Assembly: GCA_963700255.1 (NCBI GenBank)
Contig: CAVOWW010000023.1
Coordinates: forward strand, 128,403 to 192,402
Length of the DNA stretch: 64,000 nt
Origin: an uncultured bacterium
GTDB lineage: Bacteria > Actinomycetota > Actinomycetes > S36-B12
Direction: 5' to 3'
Under the pieces are notes generated by a model that saw nothing but the letters and a program-made list of their open reading frames with translations, had not been told where the DNA came from and made no database searches. The position numbers and the translations under genes are program-made. Below are positions 19,863 through 29,948 of the stretch, piece after piece. How positions within the stretch are numbered: the stretch's first letter is position 1; each line of letters begins with the position of its first letter.

Positions 19863-21293
19863 ATGAGCAGAAGCGGATCCGGCACCGGCCGCCACGTCGG
19901 CCGCGTGCTGGTCACGATCCTGTCGGTGATGGTGCTTCTCACGACGGTCGTCGGCGCCGGGGTCAGCGTGGTCATGGGCCAGCTGCAGGGCAACATCACC
20001 GCGATCGACGTCAGCGAGAACGCCGGCCCGGTGAGCGCCGCCGAGCCCCTGAACATCGTCGACGACCTGACCGGCACCTACAAGCCCGTCACAGTGGTCC
20101 TGATGGGCAGCGACACCCGCGAGGGCAAGGGCAACGGGGGCTTCGGCAACGCCACCGAGATCGGTGGCGAGCGCTCGGACACCACGATCGTCATGCACAT
20201 CAGCGGCGACCGGAAGTCCGCCATCGGGGTCAGCATCCCCCGCGACACCACGATCACCCTGCCCACGTGCAAGAAGGACGGCAAGAAGGTCGGCGGGTAC
20301 AGCGGCCGCTTCAACCAGGCCATCGAGCTCGGCGGCCCGGGCTGCACGATCAAGGCCGTCGAGGAGATGTCCGGCCTGGACATCAACAACTTCATGCTGG
20401 TGGACTTCCGAGGCTTCAAGCGGATCGTGGACGCCATCGGCGGCGTGGAGATCTGCCTGAAGGAGCCGGTCGACGACCCGCTGAGCGGGCTCAAGCTCGA
20501 CGCGGGCAAGCATGTCGTCGAGGGCGAGGAGGCCCTGGCCTTCGTCCGGGCCCGCAAGACCCTGGGCGACGGGTCCGACACCTCGCGCATCCGGCGCCAG
20601 CAGGCCTTCATCTCCTCGCTCATGCGCAAGGTGCTCTCGAGCGGGACGCTGCTGAACCCCGCCTCGCTGCTCGGCGTCCTCGACGCCGCCACCGAGTCCC
20701 TGACGGCCGATCCGCAGATGGCCGACATCAACAACCTCAAGGACCTGGCCCTCAGCCTGAAGGACCTCAAGCCGGGCAACGTCACCTTCACGACGCTCCC
20801 GTGGACGCCCAACGGCGACAACGCGACCGTCAGCGTCAACGCCGAGAAGGCGAAGCCGATCTGGGACGCGATGAGGAACGACACCGCCTGGCCGCCGAAG
20901 GGCGGAACGGGCGAGGACACCGTCCTGCTCAAGACCGCGCCGGAGAACATCCGCGTCAACGTGCTGAACGGCACGCCGACACCGGGCCTGGCCAAGACGG
21001 TCGCCAAGCAGCTGCGCAAGCAGGGGTTCATCGTCGAGGAGGTCGGCAACGCCGAGACCACCGACTTCACGGCCACCACGGTGGAGTACGACCCGGCGTA
21101 CGACGAGTCGGCCAAGACGCTCGCCTTCGCCGCCGGTGCCACCGTGCTGGACAAGAAGAAGAAGCTCGACTCCGCGCTCAACCTGATCGTCGGCACCGAC
21201 TTCGTCCAGGTCAACGACGTCGAGATCCTCGACATCACGCAGGACTACACCGCCCAGGTGAACACCGGCGACGAGAACTTCTGCGCCTCCTGA
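19863..21293 (+). CDS. LCP (LytR-CpsA-Psr) glycopolymer-peptidoglycan ligase with LytR_C domain
   Basis: TM, LMGSDTR, RSDTTI, SIPRDT, VDFRGF, FVRAR, DTSRIRRQQ; C-terminal VNVLNGT..GLA. Confidence 0.93.
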   Translation: MSRSGSGTGRHVGRVLVTILSVMVLLTTVVGAGVSVVMGQLQGNITAIDVSENAGPVSAAEPLNIVDDLTGTYKPVTVVLMGSDTREGKGNGGFGNATEIGGERSDTTIVMHISGDRKSAIGVSIPRDTTITLPTCKKDGKKVGGYSGRFNQAIELGGPGCTIKAVEEMSGLDINNFMLVDFRGFKRIVDAIGGVEICLKEPVDDPLSGLKLDAGKHVVEGEEALAFVRARKTLGDGSDTSRIRRQQAFISSLMRKVLSSGTLLNPASLLGVLDAATESLTADPQMADINNLKDLALSLKDLKPGNVTFTTLPWTPNGDNATVSVNAEKAKPIWDAMRNDTAWPPKGGTGEDTVLLKTAPENIRVNVLNGTPTPGLAKTVAKQLRKQGFIVEEVGNAETTDFTATTVEYDPAYDESAKTLAFAAGATVLDKKKKLDSALNLIVGTDFVQVNDVEILDITQDYTAQVNTGDENFCAS

Positions 21294-21323
21294 ACGGCTC
21301 ACCGGTCCGCGCCTCCTGAACGC

Positions 21324-21497
21324 CTAGCCGGTCTGCGCGCTGGCGTCGAGTCCCGACATCGCCTCCGACCACTTGTGCGAGGCCTGATCGCCGAACAGCT
21401 CGTGCGCCTGCCCGAACAGCAGTCCCAGGGCAGGCTGATCCCCGGCGATGGCCGCAGCAGCGACCTCCTCGCTCCACTCCCGCTCGGTGAGGGCCAC
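21324..21497 (-). CDS. Small hypothetical protein (~57 aa)
   Basis: GTG 21497 7 nt after CATACT; helical acidic sequence; fills the gap between LCP and GT2. Confidence 0.55.
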   Translation of the reverse strand: MALTEREWSEEVAAAAIAGDQPALGLLFGQAHELFGDQASHKWSEAMSGLDASAQTG

Positions 21498-21552
21498 GCC
21501 CGTCAGTATGCGGGTGAAAGGCGTCCGCCCCAAGGCTCTCGAGCCGACGCCC

Positions 21553-22422
21553 TCAGATGACCGGCGGGCGCCCAGCCTTCGTCATGGCCCACACGGTGCC
21601 CCACTTCATGCGGCGCCGGCCCTCCGGCCGCTGCGTGACGCCCTCCTTGAGTCCCGCGAACCACGCGCCGAGCGCCTCCTTGTCATGCACTCGCAGGAGG
21701 GTCATGCCGACCCAGGTGCCGACGTAGACGGGCTCGAGCACCACCGGCAGGTTGCGCCGCGCCAGCCAGACCCGGTTGCGGGCGTTGAGGCGGTAGTAGA
21801 CGTCGTGGCGGGCGGGATCGATGACCGGATGGTGCGCCACCAGGTCGGCGGCGTACCAGGGGGTGTAGCCCTCGTCCCAGACGCGCCAGACGAGGTCGAT
21901 GCCCTCGTGCGCGTAGAAGAACTCGTCGGGCCAGCCGCCCACGGCGTCGAAGACCGACCGGCGCATGGCGACCGCCCCCTCCCACAGCGCCGTGGCCGGG
22001 CTGGACTCGTGCGGATTGCCCACGCGCAGGCGGGGGACCCAGCGCCGCGGAGCCGGCAGGCCGGTGGGGTCGACCACCCGGGGCTGGATCAGCCCGAGGG
22101 TCGGGTCGGCGGCGAAGCGCGCCGCCACCGATGCCAGGAAGCCGGGGTCCGGCAGCGAGGCGTCGTCGTCGAGGAAGAACAGCAGGTCGCCGTCGACGAG
22201 CGGCACTCCGGCATTGCGACCCGACGGGATGCCGACGTTCTCCTGCAGGTGCAGCGCCTTGACGCCCTCCGGCAGGCCCGTCGGGTCCCACGAGTTGCCG
22301 ACGACGACGATGTCGGTGTCGACGCCCTCCTGCGCCAGCAGCGACCGCAGGCCGCGGTCGAGGTCCTCGGGACGCCTGCCCATGGTCAGCACCACGACGC
22401 CGAAGCGTGGCCGGTCCGTCAT
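21553..22422 (-). CDS. GT2 glycosyltransferase
   Basis: VVVLTMG, NVGIPSGRN, FFLDDDA, FFYAHEGIDL, ARNRVWLARRNLP. Confidence 0.9.
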   Translation of the reverse strand: MTDRPRFGVVVLTMGRRPEDLDRGLRSLLAQEGVDTDIVVVGNSWDPTGLPEGVKALHLQENVGIPSGRNAGVPLVDGDLLFFLDDDASLPDPGFLASVAARFAADPTLGLIQPRVVDPTGLPAPRRWVPRLRVGNPHESSPATALWEGAVAMRRSVFDAVGGWPDEFFYAHEGIDLVWRVWDEGYTPWYAADLVAHHPVIDPARHDVYYRLNARNRVWLARRNLPVVLEPVYVGTWVGMTLLRVHDKEALGAWFAGLKEGVTQRPEGRRRMKWGTVWAMTKAGRPPVI

Positions 22423-22474
22423 CGCACGTCCACGGCGCATCGGCTCCGGGACTCGCTGGCGCTCATTCCTCGCC

Positions 22475-23285
22475 TCATCGCAGTCGGCTCGAGGAGAGGA
22501 TCGAGGCAAGATGCCCGACGATCGTGACGACGCCGAAGACCGCGAGGAAGCCGACGAGGAAACGAGTGGCGGCGAGGTCACCCAGCAGCACGTCACCGAC
22601 CGCGGCGACGAGTGCGAGCAGGGTGAGCTCGACCGAGTGGTACGCGCGCTGGAACGGGAAGAACCGCACGAGCGAGCGCAGGCGGCGCAGGCCGCTCGAC
22701 CGCGGCGCCGCGACCTCCGCCTTCTCCTCCAGTCGCGGCATGTTGTTGTAGGCCCTCGAGACGTGGACCATGTCGTTGAGCGCCTTGTTGTAGAGGACCA
22801 TGACGGAGACGAGCGCGCCGATCAGCGGCCACGGGCTGTCGAGCCAGCCCGCCTCGGGGAAGCCCGCGGCACGAAGACCCAGCGCGATCGGGATGAGCCC
22901 CTCGGCCGTGTAGTGGCCGACGCGGTCGATGAACACGCCCTTGGGGGACGTCGTCTGCCGCCAGCGGGCGACCTCGCCGTCGCTGCAGTCCCAGAGCATC
23001 TGCATCTGGCCGAGCAGCGCGGCGAGCACGGCGCCCGGCATGCCCGGGATCAGCAGGGCGAGCGCGGCGCTGGCGCCGGTCGCGACCATGAGCCAGGTCA
23101 CGCCGTTCGCCGTGATCGGCGTCCTCAGGAGCACGCGGGTCAGGTACGGGCGAGATGCGGCGCTGGTAGGCGTCGGCGACCCAGTGCTCGGAGTTGCGGC
23201 GCCCGCGCACGGCAGGTGGCTGGCCCACCTCGCGGATCTGCGCGATCGTCGGATTGGCCGGACGGACCACCGGCTGCTCGGTCAT
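22475..23285 (-). CDS. CDP-alcohol phosphatidyltransferase family protein; frameshift at ~23150
   Basis: N-terminus MTEQ..EHWVADAYQRRISPY joins ITANGVT..WDCSDGEVAR..GVFIDRVGH. Confidence 0.85.
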
Positions 23286-25070
23286 GCGCGCGCCTTTGCC
23301 TGCACGGACAGCCACTGTACGGAAGCGACGACGACGAACAGCGCGGCCAGCAGCCAGGCCGCGATCGTGAGCCCGGAGGCGAGGGTCGCCGCCCCCAGGA
23401 GGGCGAGCACGAGGACGAGGGCCGTCCGGCCCTCCCAGCCCAGGCCCAGCCACAGCAGCCAGCGTGGTGCCGCACTGTCCTGCATGGCCCGGTACAGCGT
23501 GTCGTAGTGGTGGAAGGCCACGATCGTCATCCACCAGAACCCGACGACGACCACCGACGGGTGCCAGGCGAGGACGACGACCGCCACCACGCCCAGCTCG
23601 ACGAGGCGAAGGAGCGCCGGCACCGCCCATGCGGCGCGGCCCGCCCACCAGCGCCGACGGGTCGCCGCAGGGACCAGGGCGCCGAGCAGGCCGAGGACCG
23701 GGCCCGAGTCCCCCTGCCGTGAGAGCAGGTCGACCCCCGCCTCAGGAGTGGGGCCTCGCCAGGTGAACGTCCGCAGGGTCCGGCCGGCGGTCACGTAGGC
23801 GAGGGCCAGCAGGCCCGCCACGAGCAGCACGCCCAGCGCCCACGAGGGCCCGAGGAGGGCGGCGAACACGCTGATCAGCAGCCAGCGCTCGCCGATGGGC
23901 AGGTGGATGGCCCGCTTCGCCCAGCGCACCGCGTCACGTCGGTTCATGCGCGTGGACATCTCCATCGCGCCGCTGACCGACCAGCCTCCGGCCGTGCCGG
24001 CCGCGCCGTCGTCGGGGACCCGGATGCCCAGGACGGGGACGTGCGCCTCGCGCATGCGCTGCACGCGCGAGAAGTCGTAGTCGGACATGTGCCGCGTCGT
24101 CTGGAGCACGACGAGCACGACCGCGAGCCACCAGATGTCCACGCCGAGTCGGTACGCCCCGTAGGCGAGGCCCGCGTATGCGAGGAACTCCTTGACGCGG
24201 TCCGTCGACGCGTCGAGCCACGCCCCGAGGGCGGAGAAGCGCCGGGTGGCCCGGGCCACCTCGCCGTCGACGCAGTCGATGATCAGGCTGAGCTGCAGGA
24301 GGACGGCCCCGAGGACGAGCGCCCAGCGGTCTGCCCACGGCGAACGCCCCGGCCGCGGCGATGCCGACGGCGAAGGAGATCAGCGTGATCGCGTTCGGCG
24401 TCCAGCCCAGGCGCAGCGCGACGCGGGTGAGCGGCTTCGAGAGCCGTCGCACGACGAAGGTCGAGTAGAAGCCGTCATCGACGCGGTTCGCCTGCAGCTG
24501 GGCGATGCGCGCGTCCGGGATCGATCCGGCGAGCCGACGGGCCTCGTCGATGTCGTCCGGGGAGCGCGACCACGGCACGTCGACCATGCCGACCGCGCGG
24601 AGGCCCACTCCGCCGCGGGTGATGGCCACCGCGACCAGCTCGACCAGGTCGGTGCCGGTCGTGGCCACCTCACCGCTGTCGACGGCGGCCGCCAGGTCGG
24701 CCACCAGCGCTGCGACGCTCGGACGGTCGGCGGCTGAGACGACCAGCGCGCCCACCGACACGTGGTCGGGCGCCGCCACCTGGTGGAAGCCCGTGCCGAC
24801 GCTCGTCACGACGTGGTGGCGCACCCGCACGTCGGCCTGCTGCGAGGCGGGCCGCACGAGCAGGGCGGTGGCGGCGTAGGGGTCGTGGGTCAGGGGAGCC
24901 AGGGCCGCTGGCGAGACCACGAGGTCCGCGGCACGAACGGCGATAGGCCCCTCGCCGGCCCCGAGCAGGACGACGAGCTCGGCCAGTGCGGCCGCCACGG
25001 GCTGCCCTGCCCCCGGCAGGACGATGGGCTCGACAGCGCCGCCCGTGCGTGGCCGAACGGGCTCGGTCAC
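23282..25070 (-). CDS. Fusion of a degenerate nucleotidyltransferase-like domain, a CDP-alcohol phosphotransferase and a DUF5941-like domain; frameshift at ~24330
   Basis: DGFYSTFVVRRLSKPL, WTPNAIT, then IDCVDGEVAR..GAWLDASTDR, LPIGERW, AFHHYDTLYR, GWEGR. Confidence 0.8.
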
Positions 25071-26221
25071 GCGGTCGATGACCCGCGACGGAGCTTCTCG
25101 CGACCCTGCTGCCGAGTCCGGCGCCAGAGCTGCCCGGCCAGCTCGCGGGAGGTCACGCTCTCCTCACGGGCCGCCTCGATCACCGTCATGACGGCCTGGA
25201 CTCCGGCGTCCACCGGAAGCACGTCCGCCGCACCCGCCGGCACCGGCGGTGACGACGGGACACGGCAGGCCAGGGCCTCGAGGTCGCCCAGCACGGTCAC
25301 CCCCAGGGACCGGATGACCTCGACGGACTGCTGGCCCTTCTCGGCCGCCGCGTCCAGCGCCCAGTCAGGCGTGAACAGCCGCGGCTCGTCCGGTCCGGGC
25401 TCACGCCCCTCGACCATGCCGAGGGCGACGCCGCGGCGCACGTAGCGCACGTACTCGTCCCACTGGAGCTCCTTCTTGACCTTCTTGTTGAGGCGAACCA
25501 GCAGCTCCGCCTCCGCGGCCGTCATCGACCGGTTCGACGTCAGGTCCATGCGCGAGACGAGGACCTCGGGGGGCACGTCGAGGAGCTGCGCGAACGCCTG
25601 GAACTGCGCGCTGCGGTCGACGTCCTCCAGCACCAGGACCGTGACGTGATCGGGACCGACAGCCTCCGTCCAGCGCCGCAGGACGTCGCCGTGGTCGTGC
25701 CTCTTCCAGAAGGTGGGTGTCATGTTCTTCGAGACCCCCGGACCGGCGAAGACGTCGGTCAGCCACTTCTCGTAGGGAGTGGTCAGGCCGTACTTGAGGT
25801 ACTGCTGCCACGAGGAGGGCAGCAGCCGCCCGAGATTGCGCAGGGTGACGACGACATGGACCCGGGAACCGCCCAGGTCGCGCGCCACGCCGGCGGCGAC
25901 GTCGTCGGGTGCCTCGCAGAGGAACTCGCTGCTGATCATGACCCGCCCCTTGGCACGGCTGGTGCGGCGGGCGAGCTTGTCGAAGTGCGATCGGTCCATG
26001 ACCGCGCCACCCCGGGTGTTCCAGCCCCACGGCCTGCCCAGGACGGCGAGGGCGGCCCGGTGGTGCGCCTGGAGCCTGCCGGGATACGAGACGCCCGCGG
26101 CCTTGAGCTCGGGCCGGGCGTCGGCCAGGGCGGCCTGGATGGCCGTGGTCCCGGTCTTGTGGACACCGACATGGAGGAGCACCCCGTTCGGGGGAACGGG
26201 CGTCGCGTCGGGCAGCATCAC
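25067..26221 (-). CDS. Sulfotransferase-like P-loop protein
   Basis: LLHVGVHKTGTTAIQ, VMISSEFL, VTLRNL..LLPSSWQQYLK, NRSM. Confidence 0.65.
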   Translation of the reverse strand: MMLPDATPVPPNGVLLHVGVHKTGTTAIQAALADARPELKAAGVSYPGRLQAHHRAALAVLGRPWGWNTRGGAVMDRSHFDKLARRTSRAKGRVMISSEFLCEAPDDVAAGVARDLGGSRVHVVVTLRNLGRLLPSSWQQYLKYGLTTPYEKWLTDVFAGPGVSKNMTPTFWKRHDHGDVLRRWTEAVGPDHVTVLVLEDVDRSAQFQAFAQLLDVPPEVLVSRMDLTSNRSMTAAEAELLVRLNKKVKKELQWDEYVRYVRRGVALGMVEGREPGPDEPRLFTPDWALDAAAEKGQQSVEVIRSLGVTVLGDLEALACRVPSSPPVPAGAADVLPVDAGVQAVMTVIEAAREESVTSRELAGQLWRRTRQQGREKLRRGSSTA

Positions 26222-26230
26222 GCGGACAGC

Positions 26231-27052
26231 CTAGACGGGACCGTCCGCGGATCCCTCCGGCGAATCATCCGTGGCGGCGCCGGGCTGCTCGCCTCGACGC
26301 AGCTCGCGCATCCGGGCGATCGCGTCGGGCACCGAGGTCTGGGCCACCACGCTGCCGGCGTCGAGCAGGATGGCCCGGTCGCAGAAGCGGCGGAACTGCT
26401 TCTGGCTGTCGGAGGCGAGGAGGAAGGAGACCCCGTCCTCGCGCTTCAGGTCCACGTGCGTCCAGCACTTCTGCCGGAAGTCGCGCTCCCCGACGATGAG
26501 GACCTGCTCGATGGCATAGGCGCGGGCATCGGTGGCCATCGCGATCGACCACGCGAGCCGCTGGCGGATGACAGGCTGGGCGGTGCCGAGGTACTTGTCG
26601 AGCATGCCCTCCACGCCGGCGAAGGTGACGATCCAGTCGAGCTTCTCCCCCACCTCGTCCGGGGTCATGCCCACGTAGGCACCGACGACGTAGATGTTCT
26701 GGCGCACCGTGTAGCCGCGGTTGAAGGCCCTGGCGAGCTCGATCATCGGGATCACGGGCACCCGTCGTCGCACGGAGCCCTCGTCGGGCATGAGCGTGCC
26801 GGCGGCCAGGCGCAGCAGGGCCTCGCGACCCGATCCCCTGCCGCCGACGACGGCGACCGACTCCCCCTCGCCGAGGGCGAAGGTGGCATGTCGCAGGCGC
26901 CATACCTCGTCGCGCTTGACCTCGCCCGCGATGCGGCGCAGCCGCTGCCGCCGTCCGTCGCCCTTGCGTCGGCGCCGGCGGGGCAGCCGCACGCCGGCAT
27001 CGTCGAAGGCCACGATGGCGTCGAGCTTGGGGCTCAAGGACAGGCGGGCCAC
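26231..27052 (-). CDS. wzt: Wzt/TagH-like ABC ATP-binding subunit with degenerate catalytic motifs
   Basis: GESVAV..LMPDEG..TVRQNI..VGERDFRQKC..FCDRAILL scaffold, directly after wzm. Confidence 0.8.
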   Translation of the reverse strand: MARLSLSPKLDAIVAFDDAGVRLPRRRRRKGDGRRQRLRRIAGEVKRDEVWRLRHATFALGEGESVAVVGGRGSGREALLRLAAGTLMPDEGSVRRRVPVIPMIELARAFNRGYTVRQNIYVVGAYVGMTPDEVGEKLDWIVTFAGVEGMLDKYLGTAQPVIRQRLAWSIAMATDARAYAIEQVLIVGERDFRQKCWTHVDLKREDGVSFLLASDSQKQFRRFCDRAILLDAGSVVAQTSVPDAIARMRELRRGEQPGAATDDSPEGSADGPV

Positions 27053-27053
27053 G

Positions 27054-27827
27054 TCACGCCTCCTTCAGGATGCGCGGCTCGAGGCGGCGGAACACCACGA
27101 TCCCGACGACCAGGATGACCAGGCTGATCCCGATGGACAGGGCGAACGCACCCACGGCCACATGCTCGTCCGTCCAGAAGCCGATGCGGTAGAGCCCGAA
27201 CACGCCCACGAGCGGGTTGAGCGCCGCGAGCGGCTGCAGGTTCTGGGGGATGTTGGCGATCGAGTAGATGATCGGCGAGAGGTAGAACATCGCCCGCAGG
27301 ACGATCCGCACGATGCGCGCCAGGTCCGGGATGACCACCGAACCGGCCGAGACCAGGAGGGCCACCCCGTACATGAGGGCGAACTGCAGGAGGACGCCCA
27401 CGGGGTAGAGCAGGATCAGCGGTCCCGGCCAGAACTGCGTCGCGACCATGGCCAGGATGATGACGGGCAGCGAGAACACGAACTCGACCATCGACACCAG
27501 GATCACCCGCACGACCCACAGCTCGGTCGGCAGGAGGCTCACCCGCAACTGTCCGCCCGCCCGACGGAAGACCCTGGTCGATGCCGAGATGCCCTTCGTG
27601 AACCACCACCACGGCAGGATGGCCAGGCTCAGGAACAGCACATAGGGCTGCTGCCCGAGGGCTCGGGCGCCGAGGAGCACGGAGAACACGAACCAGAGCA
27701 CGAGGGACATGCCCAGCGGCTCGAGGAGCGTCCAGAGGTAGCCGAGGCGGAACTTCGTGTACTGCTTCTGCAGGTCGCGGAGGACCAGCATGCGGAGCAC
27801 CTGACGGTGCTCCCAGAGAGATCGCAC
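27054..27827 (-). CDS. wzm: Wzm/TagG-like ABC-2 polysaccharide exporter permease
   Basis: LVLRDLQKQY..LGYLWTLLEPL, FYLSPIIY, LNPL; six TM helices. Confidence 0.9.
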   Translation of the reverse strand: MRSLWEHRQVLRMLVLRDLQKQYTKFRLGYLWTLLEPLGMSLVLWFVFSVLLGARALGQQPYVLFLSLAILPWWWFTKGISASTRVFRRAGGQLRVSLLPTELWVVRVILVSMVEFVFSLPVIILAMVATQFWPGPLILLYPVGVLLQFALMYGVALLVSAGSVVIPDLARIVRIVLRAMFYLSPIIYSIANIPQNLQPLAALNPLVGVFGLYRIGFWTDEHVAVGAFALSIGISLVILVVGIVVFRRLEPRILKEA

Positions 27828-27902
27828 GCTGGTTACGATAGGTCACACCCGCGCTCGGACGATCAGGGCCACGCGGTTGACCCTTCACACCAGGCGGAGA
27901 CA

Positions 27903-29174
27903 GTGAGCACACCACGCAAGGCGTCGGACGGCGCGGTCAAGGGCTTCGCGAAGAAGGCGGCCCGTGGCGTGGCCCGCCGCATGCGCGAGTTCGGGCAGGT
28001 CGAGGCCGACGGCTTCGACCTGACTGACGTGCCCAGCGCCGACGTGGCGCTCTACTTCGCCGACGGCCCCACGAAGCTCTACCAGCTGACCCAGTGGCTG
28101 CCGGTCTTCGAGGCGAAGACCGACATGACGACGATCGTGGTCGTCCGCCACATCGAGACATATCGCACACTGCTGGGCCTCACCTCGCTGCGCGTGCTCC
28201 TCGTGCCGCGGTACGAGATCCTCATGGCGCTGTACGACCGAGCCGACTTCCACGCGGTGGTCTACGTCAACAACGGCTGGACCAACTTCCAGTCGCTGTC
28301 GTTCCAGCAGGCGGTCCACATCCACGTGAACCACGGCGAGAGCGACAAGATCTGCATGGTGAGCAACCAGGCGAAGGCCTACGACAAGGTCTTCGTCGCG
28401 GGCGAGGCAGCCATCCGACGTCATGCCGCCGCCCTGGCCTGGTTCGATCCCTCGCACCTCGTCCGCGTCGGACGGCCGCAGCTGGACCTGCCCGTACCCG
28501 ACGCCGCTCCCCCGTTCGACGGTCCGACGATCACCTACGCGCCCACCTGGGAGGGCGAGGACGACGCGAACAACTACACGTCCGTCGACCGCTACGGCCC
28601 CCAGGTCGTGGCTGCGGCGCTCGCCCAGCCCGGAGCACGCGTCCTCTACAAGCCGCACCCCCGCGTCGCGATCACGAGCGACGCCGGCGTGGCCCGCGGC
28701 CACCAGCAGATCCTGCGACTCATGGACGCGGCCATCTCCGCAGATCCGGGCCGGGGCCACGCGGTGCTGCTGTCGGCCGACGTGCTGGGGGTCATCCGCG
28801 TCACCGACCTGATGATCGCCGACGTCTCGAGCGTCAGCCTCGACCACCTGTACCTGCGTCCGGACGCACCCGCTGGCCCTGTGCGACAGGCGCACCGACC
28901 GCGCCGCGCCTGCTCGAGGACGCTCCGGTGGCCGCTGGGTGCGCTCGTGGTGGACGCGTCCAGCATCGACACCCTGGCCGCCGACCTCGCCGCCCTGCTC
29001 GCCGATGACACCCTGCGGCAGAAGCGGCACGAGCTGCGCGACTTCTACTTCGACTCGCTCGCCCCCGGCGAGAGCACGACCCGGTTCTGGGACGAGCTGT
29101 CGAGCGCCATCAGCCACCACGACGCCGCTCTTCGCGAGCTGAGCCGCGTCCGCCACATCGAGGAGAACGCATGA
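27903..29174 (+). CDS. CDP-glycerol glycerophosphotransferase (TagB/TagF) family protein; locally scrambled by compensating indels at ~28870-28935
   Basis: YQLTQW, HVNHGESDK, VGRPQLD, YAPTWEG, YKPHP, ADVSSV. Confidence 0.85.
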   Translation: MSTPRKASDGAVKGFAKKAARGVARRMREFGQVEADGFDLTDVPSADVALYFADGPTKLYQLTQWLPVFEAKTDMTTIVVVRHIETYRTLLGLTSLRVLLVPRYEILMALYDRADFHAVVYVNNGWTNFQSLSFQQAVHIHVNHGESDKICMVSNQAKAYDKVFVAGEAAIRRHAAALAWFDPSHLVRVGRPQLDLPVPDAAPPFDGPTITYAPTWEGEDDANNYTSVDRYGPQVVAAALAQPGARVLYKPHPRVAITSDAGVARGHQQILRLMDAAISADPGRGHAVLLSADVLGVIRVTDLMIADVSSVSLDHLYLRPDAPAGPVRQAHRPRRACSRTLRWPLGALVVDASSIDTLAADLAALLADDTLRQKRHELRDFYFDSLAPGESTTRFWDELSSAISHHDAALRELSRVRHIEENA

Positions 29175-29860
29175 CGGTCCAGGCAGTGATCCTCGCCGCA
29201 GGGATGGGCACCCGCCTGGGCCGCCCGTGGCCGAAGCCGCTGACGCCGCTGTCCGACGGGCGCACGATCATGAAGCAGCAGATGGACAACGTCCTCGGGG
29301 CGTTCGACGACGTTCGCATCACGACCGTCGTGGGCTTCAAGCTCGAGCTGATCCTGGAGGAGTTCCCGGACGTCGCGTACGTCTACAACGAGAACTACGA
29401 CCGGACGAACACCAACCGGAGCCTGCTCAAGGCACTGCGCCAGTCCGCTCCCGGCGGCGTTCTCTGGATGAACGGCGACGTCGTCTTCGATCCGCGGGTG
29501 CTCGAGCGCGTGCAGGACCTGATCGCAGCAGAGCAGTCGTTCATCTGCGTCAACACCGCGGTCGTGGGCGAGGAGGAGGTCAAGTACACCGTCGATGCGG
29601 ACGGCTACGTCGACCGGCTCTCGAAGACCGTCACGGACGCCCTCGGCGAGTCGGTGGGCATCAACTACGTCGGCGCAGGCGACAAGGCCCAGCTGATCAC
29701 GCGCCTGGCCGAGTGCGACGACTCCGACTACTTCGAGCGGGGCATCGAGATCATGATCGAGAAGGACCGCACGCGCGTCGTGCCCTTCGACATCCGAGAC
29801 CTCTTCGCGGTCGAGGTCGACTTCGAAGAGGACCTCAGCCGCGCGAACCAGCACCTCTGA
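29171..29860 (+). CDS. LicC-like (phosphocholine/sugar-phosphate) cytidylyltransferase
   Basis: VILAAGMGTRL..PKPL, TN..SL, MNGDVVFD, EVDFEEDL. Confidence 0.85.
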   Translation: MTVQAVILAAGMGTRLGRPWPKPLTPLSDGRTIMKQQMDNVLGAFDDVRITTVVGFKLELILEEFPDVAYVYNENYDRTNTNRSLLKALRQSAPGGVLWMNGDVVFDPRVLERVQDLIAAEQSFICVNTAVVGEEEVKYTVDADGYVDRLSKTVTDALGESVGINYVGAGDKAQLITRLAECDDSDYFERGIEIMIEKDRTRVVPFDIRDLFAVEVDFEEDLSRANQHL

Positions 29861-29948
29861 CCCGCCTGCCGAGCCGCGTCGAGCTGACGCCGTCACTCCG
29901 CGGATCGCTCGAGCCGGGGCAGCACCTCGCCATTCGGCGGAAGGGCGG

